Positions 40,079-49,736 of a stretch of DNA of 64,000 bases are shown piece by piece; the first letter of the stretch is position 1; every line of letters begins with the position of its first letter. The notes under the pieces are model-generated. The model had not been told where the DNA came from. It was given only the letters and a program-made list of their open reading frames with translations, and searched no databases. The DNA is taken from positions 34,199-98,198 of the forward strand of contig CAXXSO010000032.1 of NCBI GenBank assembly GCA_963676965.2. Direction: 5' to 3'. The DNA comes from an uncultured Cohaesibacter sp. Its GTDB lineage: Bacteria > Pseudomonadota > Alphaproteobacteria > Rhizobiales > Cohaesibacteraceae. The position numbers were made by a program, and so were the translations under genes.

Positions 40079-40797
40079 CCCGCCAACTCCTCAAGATCAA
40101 AGTGCCCTTCCGCCACCCGGCTCTCGATCCGGGCAAAGTCCACCGCATCAACCACCCGGAATCGCACCCGATCCCCCGGCGACAGAAAGACCGGTTCTGA
40201 CCGCCCCAGATCAAAGATCGGAACAGGACAGCGCCCCACCACATGCCAGCCGGTCGGATTGGCCGCCGGATAAATGACGGTCAGACCGGTAGCAACCATC
40301 ACCGAGCCTTTTTCGACCCGCTTGACCGGCACCCTCTTGCGCGGAATATTCAGCGCCTGAGGCAAGTCCCCCATATAGGGCATCCCCGGCGCAAAGCCGA
40401 GCATATAGATGAAATGCTCTGTCTCGGTGACGATGGAAATCACCTCTTCCGGACTCATCTTGGCAAAATCGGCAACATGGACGAGATCCGGCGCAAACTC
40501 CCCTTCCCAGCAAAGAGGCAAAGTGAAAAGCCGCGCCTTGTCATTTTGTCCCGCATCCAACTGGGCGATCATCGGCTTCAAGGCCGCGATCAGCTTGGAT
40601 TGCGATGTCAGCATCGGATCATAATGCACCAGCAACGAGCGATAGGTCGGCACGGTTTCGACCACCCCGACCAAGCCGGCATCGTCCACCGCCGAGCGCA
40701 GAGCCATGATTTGGGCACTCAAGCCCCGATCCACGTCAAAGCCAAACTGCACCGTCAGCCCGGTATCCCCGGAGGCTAGAAACTGCACCGCCATCAA
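40075..40797 (-). CDS. pxpB: 5-oxoprolinase subunit B
   Basis: VPTYRSLLV, LGFAPG.PY and YP...PTGWHVVGR. Confidence 0.9.
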   Translation of the reverse strand: MMAVQFLASGDTGLTVQFGFDVDRGLSAQIMALRSAVDDAGLVGVVETVPTYRSLLVHYDPMLTSQSKLIAALKPMIAQLDAGQNDKARLFTLPLCWEGEFAPDLVHVADFAKMSPEEVISIVTETEHFIYMLGFAPGMPYMGDLPQALNIPRKRVPVKRVEKGSVMVATGLTVIYPAANPTGWHVVGRCPVPIFDLGRSEPVFLSPGDRVRFRVVDAVDFARIESRVAEGHFDLEELAG

Positions 40798-41573
40798 CCA
40801 GCCCTCAAGCTTTCAACCATTGGCCGGATACTGACGCCCGCCTCTTCTAGAGCGGCACGCACCTTGCGCGCAGTTGCCACCGCATGCGGATTGTCTCCAT
40901 GAACACAGATGGAGTCGATCACCACCGGGATGCGCTTGCCGCTGACACTTTCAACAATGCCAGAGGTGACAAAATCAACCATCCGCCTTGCCGCCTCATC
41001 CGCATCCTCAATCATCGCGCCGGGCAATTTGCGCGAAACCAGCATGCCTTGATCGTCATAGGCCCGGTCGGCGAAGATTTCGCGCGCAATATTGAGCCCG
41101 AGCGTCTCGCCCGCCTTTTCCATTTCGCTGCCCGGCATAACCAGATAGATCAGGTCAGGATCAACCGACTTCAACGCCCGTGCCGTCGCCATGGCCAGAT
41201 CCGCATCGACACAGGCCATGTTGTTGAGCGCCCCATGCACCTTGAAATGCCCGACCGTCGCGCCGACCGCCTTTGCCATCCCGAGGATGGCGCCGAGCTG
41301 GTAGACCAGCTGCTTTTCGATATCGGCGGGTTTTTCACCCTGTATCGGACGACGGCCAAAGCCCCATAGGTCCTGAAAGCCCGGATGGGCACCAATGCCG
41401 ACGCCCTTTTCCCTTGCCTGGGTCAATATGTCATGCATCACCAGTGCATCGCCGCCGTGAAAGCCACAAGCCACATTGGCCGAACTGATGATATCGAGCA
41501 TCGCACCATCGTCACCGATTGTGTAAGCACCGAAGCTTTCACCAAGATCCGCATTCAAATCAACAACATGCAT
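40794..41573 (-). CDS. pxpA: 5-oxoprolinase subunit A (LamB/YcsF)
   Basis: DLNADLGE, ANVACGFH, AHPG, HGALNN, FADRAY and ICVHGD; start at 41573. Confidence 0.93.
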   Translation of the reverse strand: MHVVDLNADLGESFGAYTIGDDGAMLDIISSANVACGFHGGDALVMHDILTQAREKGVGIGAHPGFQDLWGFGRRPIQGEKPADIEKQLVYQLGAILGMAKAVGATVGHFKVHGALNNMACVDADLAMATARALKSVDPDLIYLVMPGSEMEKAGETLGLNIAREIFADRAYDDQGMLVSRKLPGAMIEDADEAARRMVDFVTSGIVESVSGKRIPVVIDSICVHGDNPHAVATARKVRAALEEAGVSIRPMVESLRAG

Positions 41574-41968
41574 GAACGTCCCTCCAATTGCCTGACCAAT
41601 TCCTTTTACACGCCCATGCAACATCCTGACCAGCAGAAAGTGACCGGACCTTGCCCCAAACTGGAAATGTCCAAAAACAGAAGTGTGATCGGCATTGCGC
41701 CTCGCAATGCCCCTGTGCAAGCGCTTAAGTCATTCAACATACGGGCGTTTATCAAGCAGAGGAACATCCTTTTAAACTAAAGTATTAAACCTCAGTTTTC
41801 CACCACCTCCGCCCATTTTAAGACGATGCAAAAACCCCCGGTTAAGGCAATCTTATCGAATAATTGCTTTATTACTTAGAAATATTCGCAACAACATATT
41901 TCTTGCGAGAAGAGACCCGGCGTCCAGCAGGCCAATCCTGAAAATTCGGCCAAGAAAGACAACGAGAA

Positions 41969-44029
41969 ATGATGAAACACTTCAGGTCCCTGAGTGCAAA
42001 GATCGTTGCAGCGATCTTCACATTTGTCGCCTTCGCATTCATTGCGGACACACTCCTGACACGCTCCATCACCCAGAGCGTCTATGACCGCACCGAGGCC
42101 CTTACCGGCCAGATGCGCGATATCGTGGAGGAGAAGGATCATCAAATCCAGTCGCTACTGTCCGGGCTCCTGGCTTCCAAGAAAAGCCGTCAGGACCTCT
42201 CTCAATCCCTTTCCACCAAGGCACTGAAAGCGGAAACCGAGCATACCGCAGCTTTTCTTGAAGGCACCCGCAATGGTATTTCCCTATCCGTCGCCTCGCT
42301 GGTCAGTTCGGCCATGATGTCTGGGGATGCGGAAGCCGCTGTCGACCAGATCGATATCCTGCTGGAAAATGACCAGATCGCCGCCATCAATCTCTGGCGC
42401 ACGGATGGAGACCTTGCCTTTCGCGACAACAAGACCATCCAGAAGGTGAACAAGTTCGTTGAGTCTGATGCCTTCGAGTTGCGCGAGGATGAAGGGTCCG
42501 TCAAGATTTCACCTGACCGCAAGGCAGTGCTGGATCAGGCCTTGGCCAAGGATTCCAATCATGAAAGCCTTGAATCGACGCTCAAGGATGACGACGACAA
42601 GCCCGTCTCGGTCACCTATTCCTATTTCATTTTGAAAAATAGTGAAGATTGCCAGAGCTGCCACGACCCCAAAGAAAAGGTCCGCGGGGTGCTGGAAGTG
42701 GCAGTTGCCAACGATGAATTGCTGGCCTTGCGCGCCAAGTCTGAGAAATTGATCAAGGAGCTTGATGAACGATTACAGACCGAGCAGGCCACGCTGGTCA
42801 AGGCAAGCGAAACCGAGCGGGCGCGGGTGGCAAACCAGACAAAGCAATATACCGCCGAATTGAATGCGGCCAACAAAAGCCTGATCGAGTCCCGCGAAGA
42901 GGCTTCTATGATGAGCATTGGCTCAAAGCTCTTCTTCTTCCTGCTAACCATCGCCACGCTCGCCTTTGCCCTGAACAAATTGCTGACCAAACCGCTGCAC
43001 CGATTGACCTCGGTGATGCTGCGTCTGGCGCGGAACGACCTCACGGTCGAGGCCACCGGCAGCGACCGGACCGACGAAATAGGCTCGATGAGTCAAGCCA
43101 TCGCCATTTTCAAGGACAATGCCTTGGAGCGCCAGAAGCTGGAAAAGGAAAGCGAGTTGCATTTCAAGGGTCAGCGCGAACGACAGATGCGCATCGACGC
43201 CTTGCTTCAGGATTTCCGCTCAAAGATCCAGCGCTCCCTTGAGACCGTCTCCGCCCGCGCAGAATTGATGCACAAGTCCGCAACAGCCCTTAACAGCCAG
43301 TCAACGGCCACATCAGAACGCGCCCAGTCGGTCAATGAAGCCTCCAGCCACTCCGCTGAGAATGTCCAGATGATGGCCGCGGCCAGTACTCAGATGACCT
43401 CCTCCATTGCCGAGATTGGCGAGCAGGTTCATCGCACCAACGATCTGGTTAGCGCCGCCTCCATCGAAGCCCAGGAAACCGATGCCAAGATGGCTGGCCT
43501 TGCCAGTGCAGCTGAGAAGATTGGCGAGGTCATCTCCCTGATTCGGGATATTTCCGAACAGACCAATCTGCTGGCACTCAATGCCACCATCGAGGCGGCA
43601 CGAGCGGGCGAAGCGGGCCGCGGCTTTGCCGTTGTGGCCGCCGAGGTGAAAGACCTCGCAGCCCAAACCGGCAAGGCGACCGAGGATATCTCCAACCGCA
43701 TTCAGGCGATCCAGTCATCAAGCGGCGCATCCGTCGAAGCCATTCGCGCCATTGCCACCAAGATGACGGAAATCAGCGAATATACCACGGCCATCAGCGC
43801 CGCAGTGAACCAGCAAAATGCCTCCACCAACGAGATTTCTCACAATATCCAGCAGGCCGCCGAAGGCACCCGCGAGATTGTGACCAACATCTCCGAAGTC
43901 GCCCAGTCAACCGAGGACACCCAGCACTCCGCACTGGAAGTGGAAAATGCCTCCACCACGGTCGCCAATGTCGCCACCGAAATGCGCGACGTGATCGATG
44001 ATTTCCTCGACAAGGTTGCAGCAGCCTGA
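41969..44029 (+). CDS. Methyl-accepting chemotaxis protein with periplasmic c-type heme (CxxCH) sensor
   Basis: TM1, periplasmic domain with CQSCH (42650-42664), TM2, HAMP (DEIGSM) and signalling hairpin [27 protein letters not shown]. Confidence 0.92.
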   Translation: MMKHFRSLSAKIVAAIFTFVAFAFIADTLLTRSITQSVYDRTEALTGQMRDIVEEKDHQIQSLLSGLLASKKSRQDLSQSLSTKALKAETEHTAAFLEGTRNGISLSVASLVSSAMMSGDAEAAVDQIDILLENDQIAAINLWRTDGDLAFRDNKTIQKVNKFVESDAFELREDEGSVKISPDRKAVLDQALAKDSNHESLESTLKDDDDKPVSVTYSYFILKNSEDCQSCHDPKEKVRGVLEVAVANDELLALRAKSEKLIKELDERLQTEQATLVKASETERARVANQTKQYTAELNAANKSLIESREEASMMSIGSKLFFFLLTIATLAFALNKLLTKPLHRLTSVMLRLARNDLTVEATGSDRTDEIGSMSQAIAIFKDNALERQKLEKESELHFKGQRERQMRIDALLQDFRSKIQRSLETVSARAELMHKSATALNSQSTATSERAQSVNEASSHSAENVQMMAAASTQMTSSIAEIGEQVHRTNDLVSAASIEAQETDAKMAGLASAAEKIGEVISLIRDISEQTNLLALNATIEAARAGEAGRGFAVVAAEVKDLAAQTGKATEDISNRIQAIQSSSGASVEAIRAIATKMTEISEYTTAISAAVNQQNASTNEISHNIQQAAEGTREIVTNISEVAQSTEDTQHSALEVENASTTVANVATEMRDVIDDFLDKVAAA

Positions 44030-44040
44030 TCAAGCTCAGG

Positions 44041-44064
44041 CGCTGACGCTGACGCTGACGCTGA
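44041..44064. repeat. Hexanucleotide tandem repeat (CGCTGA)x4
   Basis: Four exact copies just after the MCP stop codon. Confidence 0.85.
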
Positions 44065-44076
44065 AACAAGAGAATG

Positions 44077-44113
44077 AAAAAACCGCGCCTTGCAAACAGC
44101 AGGGCGCGGTTTT
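44077..44113. terminator. Bidirectional intrinsic terminator
   Basis: AAAAAACCGCGCCTTGC...GCAGGGCGCGGTTTT between convergent MCP and frcA. Confidence 0.8.
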
Positions 44114-44146
44114 CCTATCCATATCCAGCCTTCAAGACCAGTATTT

Positions 44147-44938
44147 TTATGCTGTTTCTTCGTCTGGTTTCTTTGCTCCGGTCATGAAAGCGACCGCATC
44201 GGACATGGAATATTTTTTGGGATCAATGACACATAGCTGCCGCCCCAACCGATGAACATGAATGCGGTCAGCAACCTCGAACACATGAGGCATATTGTGC
44301 GAGATCAGAATGATCGGCAGGCCGCGTGAGCGCACATCCTGAATGAGCTCCAGCACCTTGCGGGATTCCTTCACCCCAAGGGCTGCCGTCGGCTCATCCA
44401 TGATCACCACACGAGACCCGAAAGCCGCCGCACGAGCCACGGCAACCCCCTGACGCTGACCACCCGAGAGGGATTCAACCGATTGGTTGATATTCTGAAT
44501 GGTCATCAGCCCCAATTCTGTGAGCTTGTCACGGGCAATCTTTTCCATCTTCGCCCGGTCGAGCATCCTGAAATAGGTTCCCAGCGGTCCTTCCTTGCGG
44601 ATTTCGCGCCCCATGAACATATTGTCGGTGATCGACAAGGCGGGAGACAGAGCAAGATTTTGATACACCGTCTCGATGCCCGCATTGCGCGCCGCCATCG
44701 GTGAGTTGAACTGCACTTTCTTGCCATAGAGACGGATCTCGCCGGCATCGGGAATGAGTGCGCCGGAAATCGCCTTGATCAAGGTGGATTTGCCCGCGCC
44801 GTTATCACCAATCACCGCCCGGATTTCACCGGGATAAAGGTCGAAATCCGCATGATTGAGCGCAGTGACCCTGCCATAGCGCTTGACCACGCCACGCGCT
44901 GTAAGGATCGGTTCTGCTTCATAGTCAGGTCCGGTCAT
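44147..44938 (-). CDS. frcA: Fructose/mannose/ribose ABC ATP-binding protein
   Basis: Single NBD with GDNGAGKST, LSGGQRQ and ISHNMPHVF; frcBCA order. Confidence 0.8.
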   Translation of the reverse strand: MTGPDYEAEPILTARGVVKRYGRVTALNHADFDLYPGEIRAVIGDNGAGKSTLIKAISGALIPDAGEIRLYGKKVQFNSPMAARNAGIETVYQNLALSPALSITDNMFMGREIRKEGPLGTYFRMLDRAKMEKIARDKLTELGLMTIQNINQSVESLSGGQRQGVAVARAAAFGSRVVIMDEPTAALGVKESRKVLELIQDVRSRGLPIILISHNMPHVFEVADRIHVHRLGRQLCVIDPKKYSMSDAVAFMTGAKKPDEETA

Positions 44939-46017
44939 GACGCCACCTTTCTGATCCATTGGTCAATTGCAACAGCGATGATGATCAACAGGCCAATCAA
45001 CAGATAGGTCCATTGCGGGTCGGTCCCGATCAGCCGCAGGCCGAGCGAGAAGACGCCAACGATCAACGCGCCGAACAACATGCCCAGAATGGAGCCACGC
45101 CCGCCAAACAGCGAGATACCGCCAATCACCACAGCGGTGATGGATTCGATATTGGCATTTTGACCAGCAGTCGGCGAGACCGATCCCAATCGGCCAATGA
45201 GAGCCCAACCGGCCAGCGCACAAATCAAACCGCCGATCACATAGACCGAAATCAGGGTTTTCTGCACCTGAACACCGGACAATTCTGCTGCATCTGGATC
45301 ATCCCCAAGCGCATAGACATGCCGTCCCCAAGCGGTGTAATTGAGCACATAGGCCAGAATGAAAACCAGTGCCAGCATCATGATCACCCCATAGGTGAAG
45401 ACGGCACCGCCAATAATGATCTTTTCGCCAAAGAACTGAAGAATCGGAGCTTTTGCTGCGATTTCCTGACTGCGGATGGTTTCGTTTGCCGAATAAAGGA
45501 AGTTGGTCGCCAACACGATCTGCCACATGCCAAGGGTGACAATGAAGGGGGGCAGCTTGACCCGCGCAACCAACACACCATTGATGAAACCGCACAAACC
45601 ACCCACGGCAAAGCCTGCAAGAACCGCAAGTTCAGGGGGAAGCCCATAGCGGAAGGCAACCTGCCCCATCACGGTTGAGGACATCACCATCACCGCACCC
45701 ACCGACAGGTCGATCCCGGCGGTGAGAATGATCATCGTCTGGGCTGCGCCCAGAATACCGACGATTGCCACCTGTTGCAGGATCAACGTCAGCGCAAAGG
45801 GTGAAAAGAGCTTCGAACCCAGAATGAAACCGAATATCAGCAGCGACAAGATCAGCACGATCATCGGCACGAAGGCCGGGTTCGAATGCAGGATCTGCTG
45901 AATTTTCTCGACGCCGCTTTTCTTGTTGCTATCGAAGGAAGCGATGCCCGTGTCGCTGCCTTCCAGCACCCGTTCAAAATCCTGCATCTTGCTGGATTTT
46001 GTTTCCGTGTCTGCCAT
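44935..46017 (-). CDS. frcC: Fructose ABC permease
   Basis: AGIDLSVG, PPFIVTLG and ESITAVVIGG. Confidence 0.8.
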   Translation of the reverse strand: MADTETKSSKMQDFERVLEGSDTGIASFDSNKKSGVEKIQQILHSNPAFVPMIVLILSLLIFGFILGSKLFSPFALTLILQQVAIVGILGAAQTMIILTAGIDLSVGAVMVMSSTVMGQVAFRYGLPPELAVLAGFAVGGLCGFINGVLVARVKLPPFIVTLGMWQIVLATNFLYSANETIRSQEIAAKAPILQFFGEKIIIGGAVFTYGVIMMLALVFILAYVLNYTAWGRHVYALGDDPDAAELSGVQVQKTLISVYVIGGLICALAGWALIGRLGSVSPTAGQNANIESITAVVIGGISLFGGRGSILGMLFGALIVGVFSLGLRLIGTDPQWTYLLIGLLIIIAVAIDQWIRKVAS

Positions 46018-46137
46018 CTATACCTCCCACCAGACCATACCCGACAGTCTGGTTGCGTGCGATATGAATAGGGCGGCCTCCAGCACGCGAAAGCCGCCCT
46101 GTTTCGTCTCACATTACAACGGATGATCCTTTAAAGA

Positions 46138-47160
46138 TCAGCCCCAGCACCGGTCGGTACCTTCTTTGACACTGATTGATTCAACGCCAGAAGCAGGCTT
46201 GTCGGTGACAAGATTCACGCCGGTATCAAAGAAGTTTTTGCCTGGGGTGTTGGCAGGTTTGGTGCCATTTTTTGCCCATGCAGCAATTGCTTCGATGCCT
46301 TTGGAAGCCATAAGCAAAGGATATTGCTGGGAGGTAGCACCGATCACGCCGTCTTTCACGTTGGCAACGCCAGGGCAACCGCCATCAACAGACACGATCA
46401 GAGCTTCATTTTCGCGACCAAGCGCTTTCAGAGCTTCATAAGCACCGGCAGCAGCTGGTTCGTTGATGGTGTAGACAACGTTGATTTCAGGATCTTTGGT
46501 CAGAAGGTTTTCCATTGCCTTGCGGCCACCTTCTTCGTTCCCTGCGGTCACGTCATGGCCCACAATGCGAGGGTCTTTTTCATCGCCCCATTTGTTGGGA
46601 TCGCCCAGATCGACGCCGAAGCCCTTCAGGAAGCCCTGGTCACGCAAAACGCCAACCGATGGCTGGGAAACAGCAAGGTCAAGCATGGCGATTTTCGCGT
46701 CTTTGGCTTTGTCACCAAGGGTGGCAGCCGCCCATTTGCCGATCAGCTCGCCAGCAAGAAGGTTATCGGTCGCAAAAGTTGCATCAGCAGCATCAATCGG
46801 CTCAAGCGGCGTATCCAGAGCAATCACCAACAGGCCGGCTTCGCGTGCCATGGTCACGGCAGGGACGATGCCTTTGGTATCGGACGCAGTGATCAGGATA
46901 CCTTTGGCGCCATCAGCGATGCAGGTTTCAATGGCTGCGACCTGGCTTTGGGAATCACCGTCGATCTTGCCAGCATAGCTTTTCAGGGTAATGCCGAGTT
47001 CAGCTGCCTTGGCAGTCGCGCCTTCCTTCATTTTCACGAAGAACGGGTTGGTGTCGGTTTTGGTAATCAAACATGCACCAACATCAGCAGCGGATGCAAA
47101 GGTGATGCTGGCAGCGCTCATTGCCAAAGCAACAAGTGTGGTTTTGACGATGGATTTCAT
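46138..47160 (-). CDS. frcB: Fructose ABC substrate-binding protein
   Basis: Signal peptide, [23 protein letters not shown] and C-terminal CWG, as in FrcB; start at 47160. Confidence 0.85.
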   Translation of the reverse strand: MKSIVKTTLVALAMSAASITFASAADVGACLITKTDTNPFFVKMKEGATAKAAELGITLKSYAGKIDGDSQSQVAAIETCIADGAKGILITASDTKGIVPAVTMAREAGLLVIALDTPLEPIDAADATFATDNLLAGELIGKWAAATLGDKAKDAKIAMLDLAVSQPSVGVLRDQGFLKGFGVDLGDPNKWGDEKDPRIVGHDVTAGNEEGGRKAMENLLTKDPEINVVYTINEPAAAGAYEALKALGRENEALIVSVDGGCPGVANVKDGVIGATSQQYPLLMASKGIEAIAAWAKNGTKPANTPGKNFFDTGVNLVTDKPASGVESISVKEGTDRCWG

Positions 47161-47295
47161 TGGTTTCCTCCCAGGATTCAAACCCATTTTGATAATACTT
47201 CGATGCAACCAGTTGCTCTCCCAAACGACAAAGCTGCAAAGTTCAATTTCTCAATTGTGCGAGTAAGGTGACATCGAATTTCCGCCATGTCAATA

Positions 47296-47316
47296 AATAA
47301 ATCCAATTGATTTATT
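47296..47316. promoter_or_regulatory. Perfect 8-5-8 inverted repeat, candidate FrcR operator
   Basis: AATAAATC-CAATT-GATTTATT between frcB and the ROK regulator. Confidence 0.7.
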
Positions 47317-47449
47317 AATTAGACTGTGAGATCCTTCCCTCCTGCGCATACAGTCAAAAGCGACCAAAAGTCGTGAAAATGCATCGACTAAGACCCGAAT
47401 CAAAATCAAAAAATGATGCGCGAGGGGGGAATTGTGTTAGGGAAAGACC

Positions 47450-48667
47450 ATGCAAACAGGTCTTGAGACGAATGACCGCATCTCGGATCCATCGGGAGGC
47501 TCCAATCAGACACGCGTGCGCGCCTACAACGAGCGTCTCGTGCTGTCGCTGGTGCGCCGTCACGGCAATTTGCCAAAGTCCGAGATTGCCCGTCGCTCCG
47601 GCCTGAGCGCCCAGACGGTGTCCGTCATCATGCGCAGTCTGGAAGCCGACGGTCTTTTGCTACGCGGCGCTCCGATCCGCGGCAAGGTGGGCCAACCCTC
47701 AATCCCGATGGCACTCAATCCCTGTGGGGTTTACTCGTTCGGCCTGAAGATTGGTCGCCGCAGTGCCGATCTGGTGTTGATCAACTTCCTTGGCGAGCCG
47801 TTGAAATCCCTGCGCATCACCTATGACTATCCAATGCCCGATATGTTGCTTGATTTCGCCACCACCGCCATTCTCGAAGCGTCACGAGCCTTCAGCGATG
47901 AGGAGCGGCAGAAGATTGCCGGCATCGGAATCGGCCTGCCCTTCCAGCTTTGGAACTGGGAGGAAAAGGTTGGCGCACCCAAGGGCACAATGGATGTCTG
48001 GAAGGGCTTTGACATCGCTGCAGCGCTGGAAGAACGCTGCCGTTTTCCCGTCTTCCAGCTCAACGATGCCACCGTCGCCTGTGGTGCAGAACTAACCTTT
48101 GGCCGTGGTCCGGAATTTGCCGATTTCATCTATTTCTTTGTCGGCACCTTCATTGGTGGCGGCGTCGTGCTCAATCATTCGGTCTATTCAGGCCGCACCG
48201 GCAATGCAGGCGCCATTGGCACAATGCCGCTCATGTCAGATCATGAAACATCCACCCAGCTTCTGGCAGAAACCTCGCTCTATTCACTGGAAAAGCTCCT
48301 GTTGAGAGAAGGCCGCGATCCAACCTTCCTGCGAGAGGTAGACGCCGATTGGAATGATCTGGGAGAGATTTTGGAAAAATGGCTCGACCATGTCGGCCAT
48401 TATCTGGCGATGGCGATCATTTCAGCCTGTGCCATCATTGATTTTGAAGCAGCCATCATTGACGGTTCCTTCCCCGCAGACATCCGAAAAAGACTGATCG
48501 ACAAGATCAGCACAGCCATCGAAACCATTGATTTGCAAGGCATCGTCCTACCCTCCATTCAGGAAGGCACCATTGGGTCAGGTGCCCGTGCACTTGGCGC
48601 GGCCACCCTGCCCTTGCTCAATCGCTACTTGCTTGATCAAAGCGTGCTGTTCAAGGAACTGGGCTAG
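47450..48667 (+). CDS. frcR: ROK-family repressor of the fructose transporter
   Basis: GSNQTRVRAYNER, HTH (SGLSAQTVS), NDAT and GTFIGGG; divergent from frcB. Confidence 0.8.
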   Translation: MQTGLETNDRISDPSGGSNQTRVRAYNERLVLSLVRRHGNLPKSEIARRSGLSAQTVSVIMRSLEADGLLLRGAPIRGKVGQPSIPMALNPCGVYSFGLKIGRRSADLVLINFLGEPLKSLRITYDYPMPDMLLDFATTAILEASRAFSDEERQKIAGIGIGLPFQLWNWEEKVGAPKGTMDVWKGFDIAAALEERCRFPVFQLNDATVACGAELTFGRGPEFADFIYFFVGTFIGGGVVLNHSVYSGRTGNAGAIGTMPLMSDHETSTQLLAETSLYSLEKLLLREGRDPTFLREVDADWNDLGEILEKWLDHVGHYLAMAIISACAIIDFEAAIIDGSFPADIRKRLIDKISTAIETIDLQGIVLPSIQEGTIGSGARALGAATLPLLNRYLLDQSVLFKELG

Positions 48668-48693
48668 TCACCCAGTTCGCCATTTGCCTCAAA

Positions 48694-49698
48694 TCAGCCT
48701 TTGGAAAACACATATTGCGTTTGCTGGTGATAGGTCTCGCCCGGCCGCAACACCGCTTGCGGAAAGTCCGGATGATTGGGTGCATCGGGCCAGACCTGTG
48801 GTTCAAGACAAAACCCAGCGCGAGGCCCCATCTCACAACCGTCAAGACCGATCATCCCCGCTTCGATATAGGAGCCATTATAGGCCTGCACACCGGGCTC
48901 AGTGCTCAACACGGTCATCTTGACGCCCGAGACAGGGCTTTCAAGGCAGGCAATCGGCCGCAACGACTGACGAGCCTCAGACAGACAGAAATTGTGATCA
49001 ATCGAATGCTCGGCAAAGGCATCACCCAACCGCTTTGCGGTTCGGAAATCCATCCAGGTTCCTGCCACCGGCGCGATCTCACCGGTTGGAATCGCTTCGT
49101 CATCCACCGGCAGATAATGCTCGGCGGGCACCTGCAAGACATGATCATCAATGGTCGGGCTGCCATCCAGATTGAAATAACTGTGATGGGCCAGATTGCA
49201 CGGGGTCGCCTTGTCCGAGCTTGCTTCGATCTGGATGTCCAGACAGCCCCCTTCTTGCAAGGCATAGCGAAGCCGAATGTCCATCGCACCGGGATAGCCC
49301 ATATGACCATCTTCAAGCGTGCAAACCAGCGTCACAGCATCCGCTTCAAGCGCCTCAATGCCCCAAAGCTGCTGCGAAATGCCATCAACACCCCCATGCA
49401 AACAATGCTTGGCGAGGAAATTCTGATCCACCTGATGGGTCACCCCGTCAAGCACGAACCGCCCATCGCAAATGCGGTTGGCGTAGCGCCCGGCCATTGC
49501 GCCGAAATAGGGCGACTTGGTGAGATAAGGCTCAAAGGCATCAAAGCCCAGCACCAAAGGCTTATCATGGCCATCAAGACGCAAGTCTTGTACCACGGCC
49601 CCATAGGTCAGCACTGACGCCGTCAGGCCACCACCTGATAGACGCACACGCTCCACAGGCCTGCCGTCCGGCATGGCTCCGAAAATCTCACGAGACAT
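48694..49698 (-). CDS. galM: Aldose 1-epimerase (mutarotase)
   Basis: GRYANRI, LHGG, HSYFNL, DHNF and CLEPQ..PDAPN. Confidence 0.9.
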   Translation of the reverse strand: MSREIFGAMPDGRPVERVRLSGGGLTASVLTYGAVVQDLRLDGHDKPLVLGFDAFEPYLTKSPYFGAMAGRYANRICDGRFVLDGVTHQVDQNFLAKHCLHGGVDGISQQLWGIEALEADAVTLVCTLEDGHMGYPGAMDIRLRYALQEGGCLDIQIEASSDKATPCNLAHHSYFNLDGSPTIDDHVLQVPAEHYLPVDDEAIPTGEIAPVAGTWMDFRTAKRLGDAFAEHSIDHNFCLSEARQSLRPIACLESPVSGVKMTVLSTEPGVQAYNGSYIEAGMIGLDGCEMGPRAGFCLEPQVWPDAPNHPDFPQAVLRPGETYHQQTQYVFSKG

Positions 49699-49736
49699 AA
49701 AGTCCTCCCCAAATCTGTATTGTCCAGCAAAGCCGA

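Noticed and set aside
39047-41573. Functional link between pxpABC and the gamma-glutamylation cluster through 5-oxoproline by-product
   Set aside because: Chemically plausible, but the loci are separated by usp, pyrC and panBC, and pxpABC is widespread. The sequence gives no direct support.
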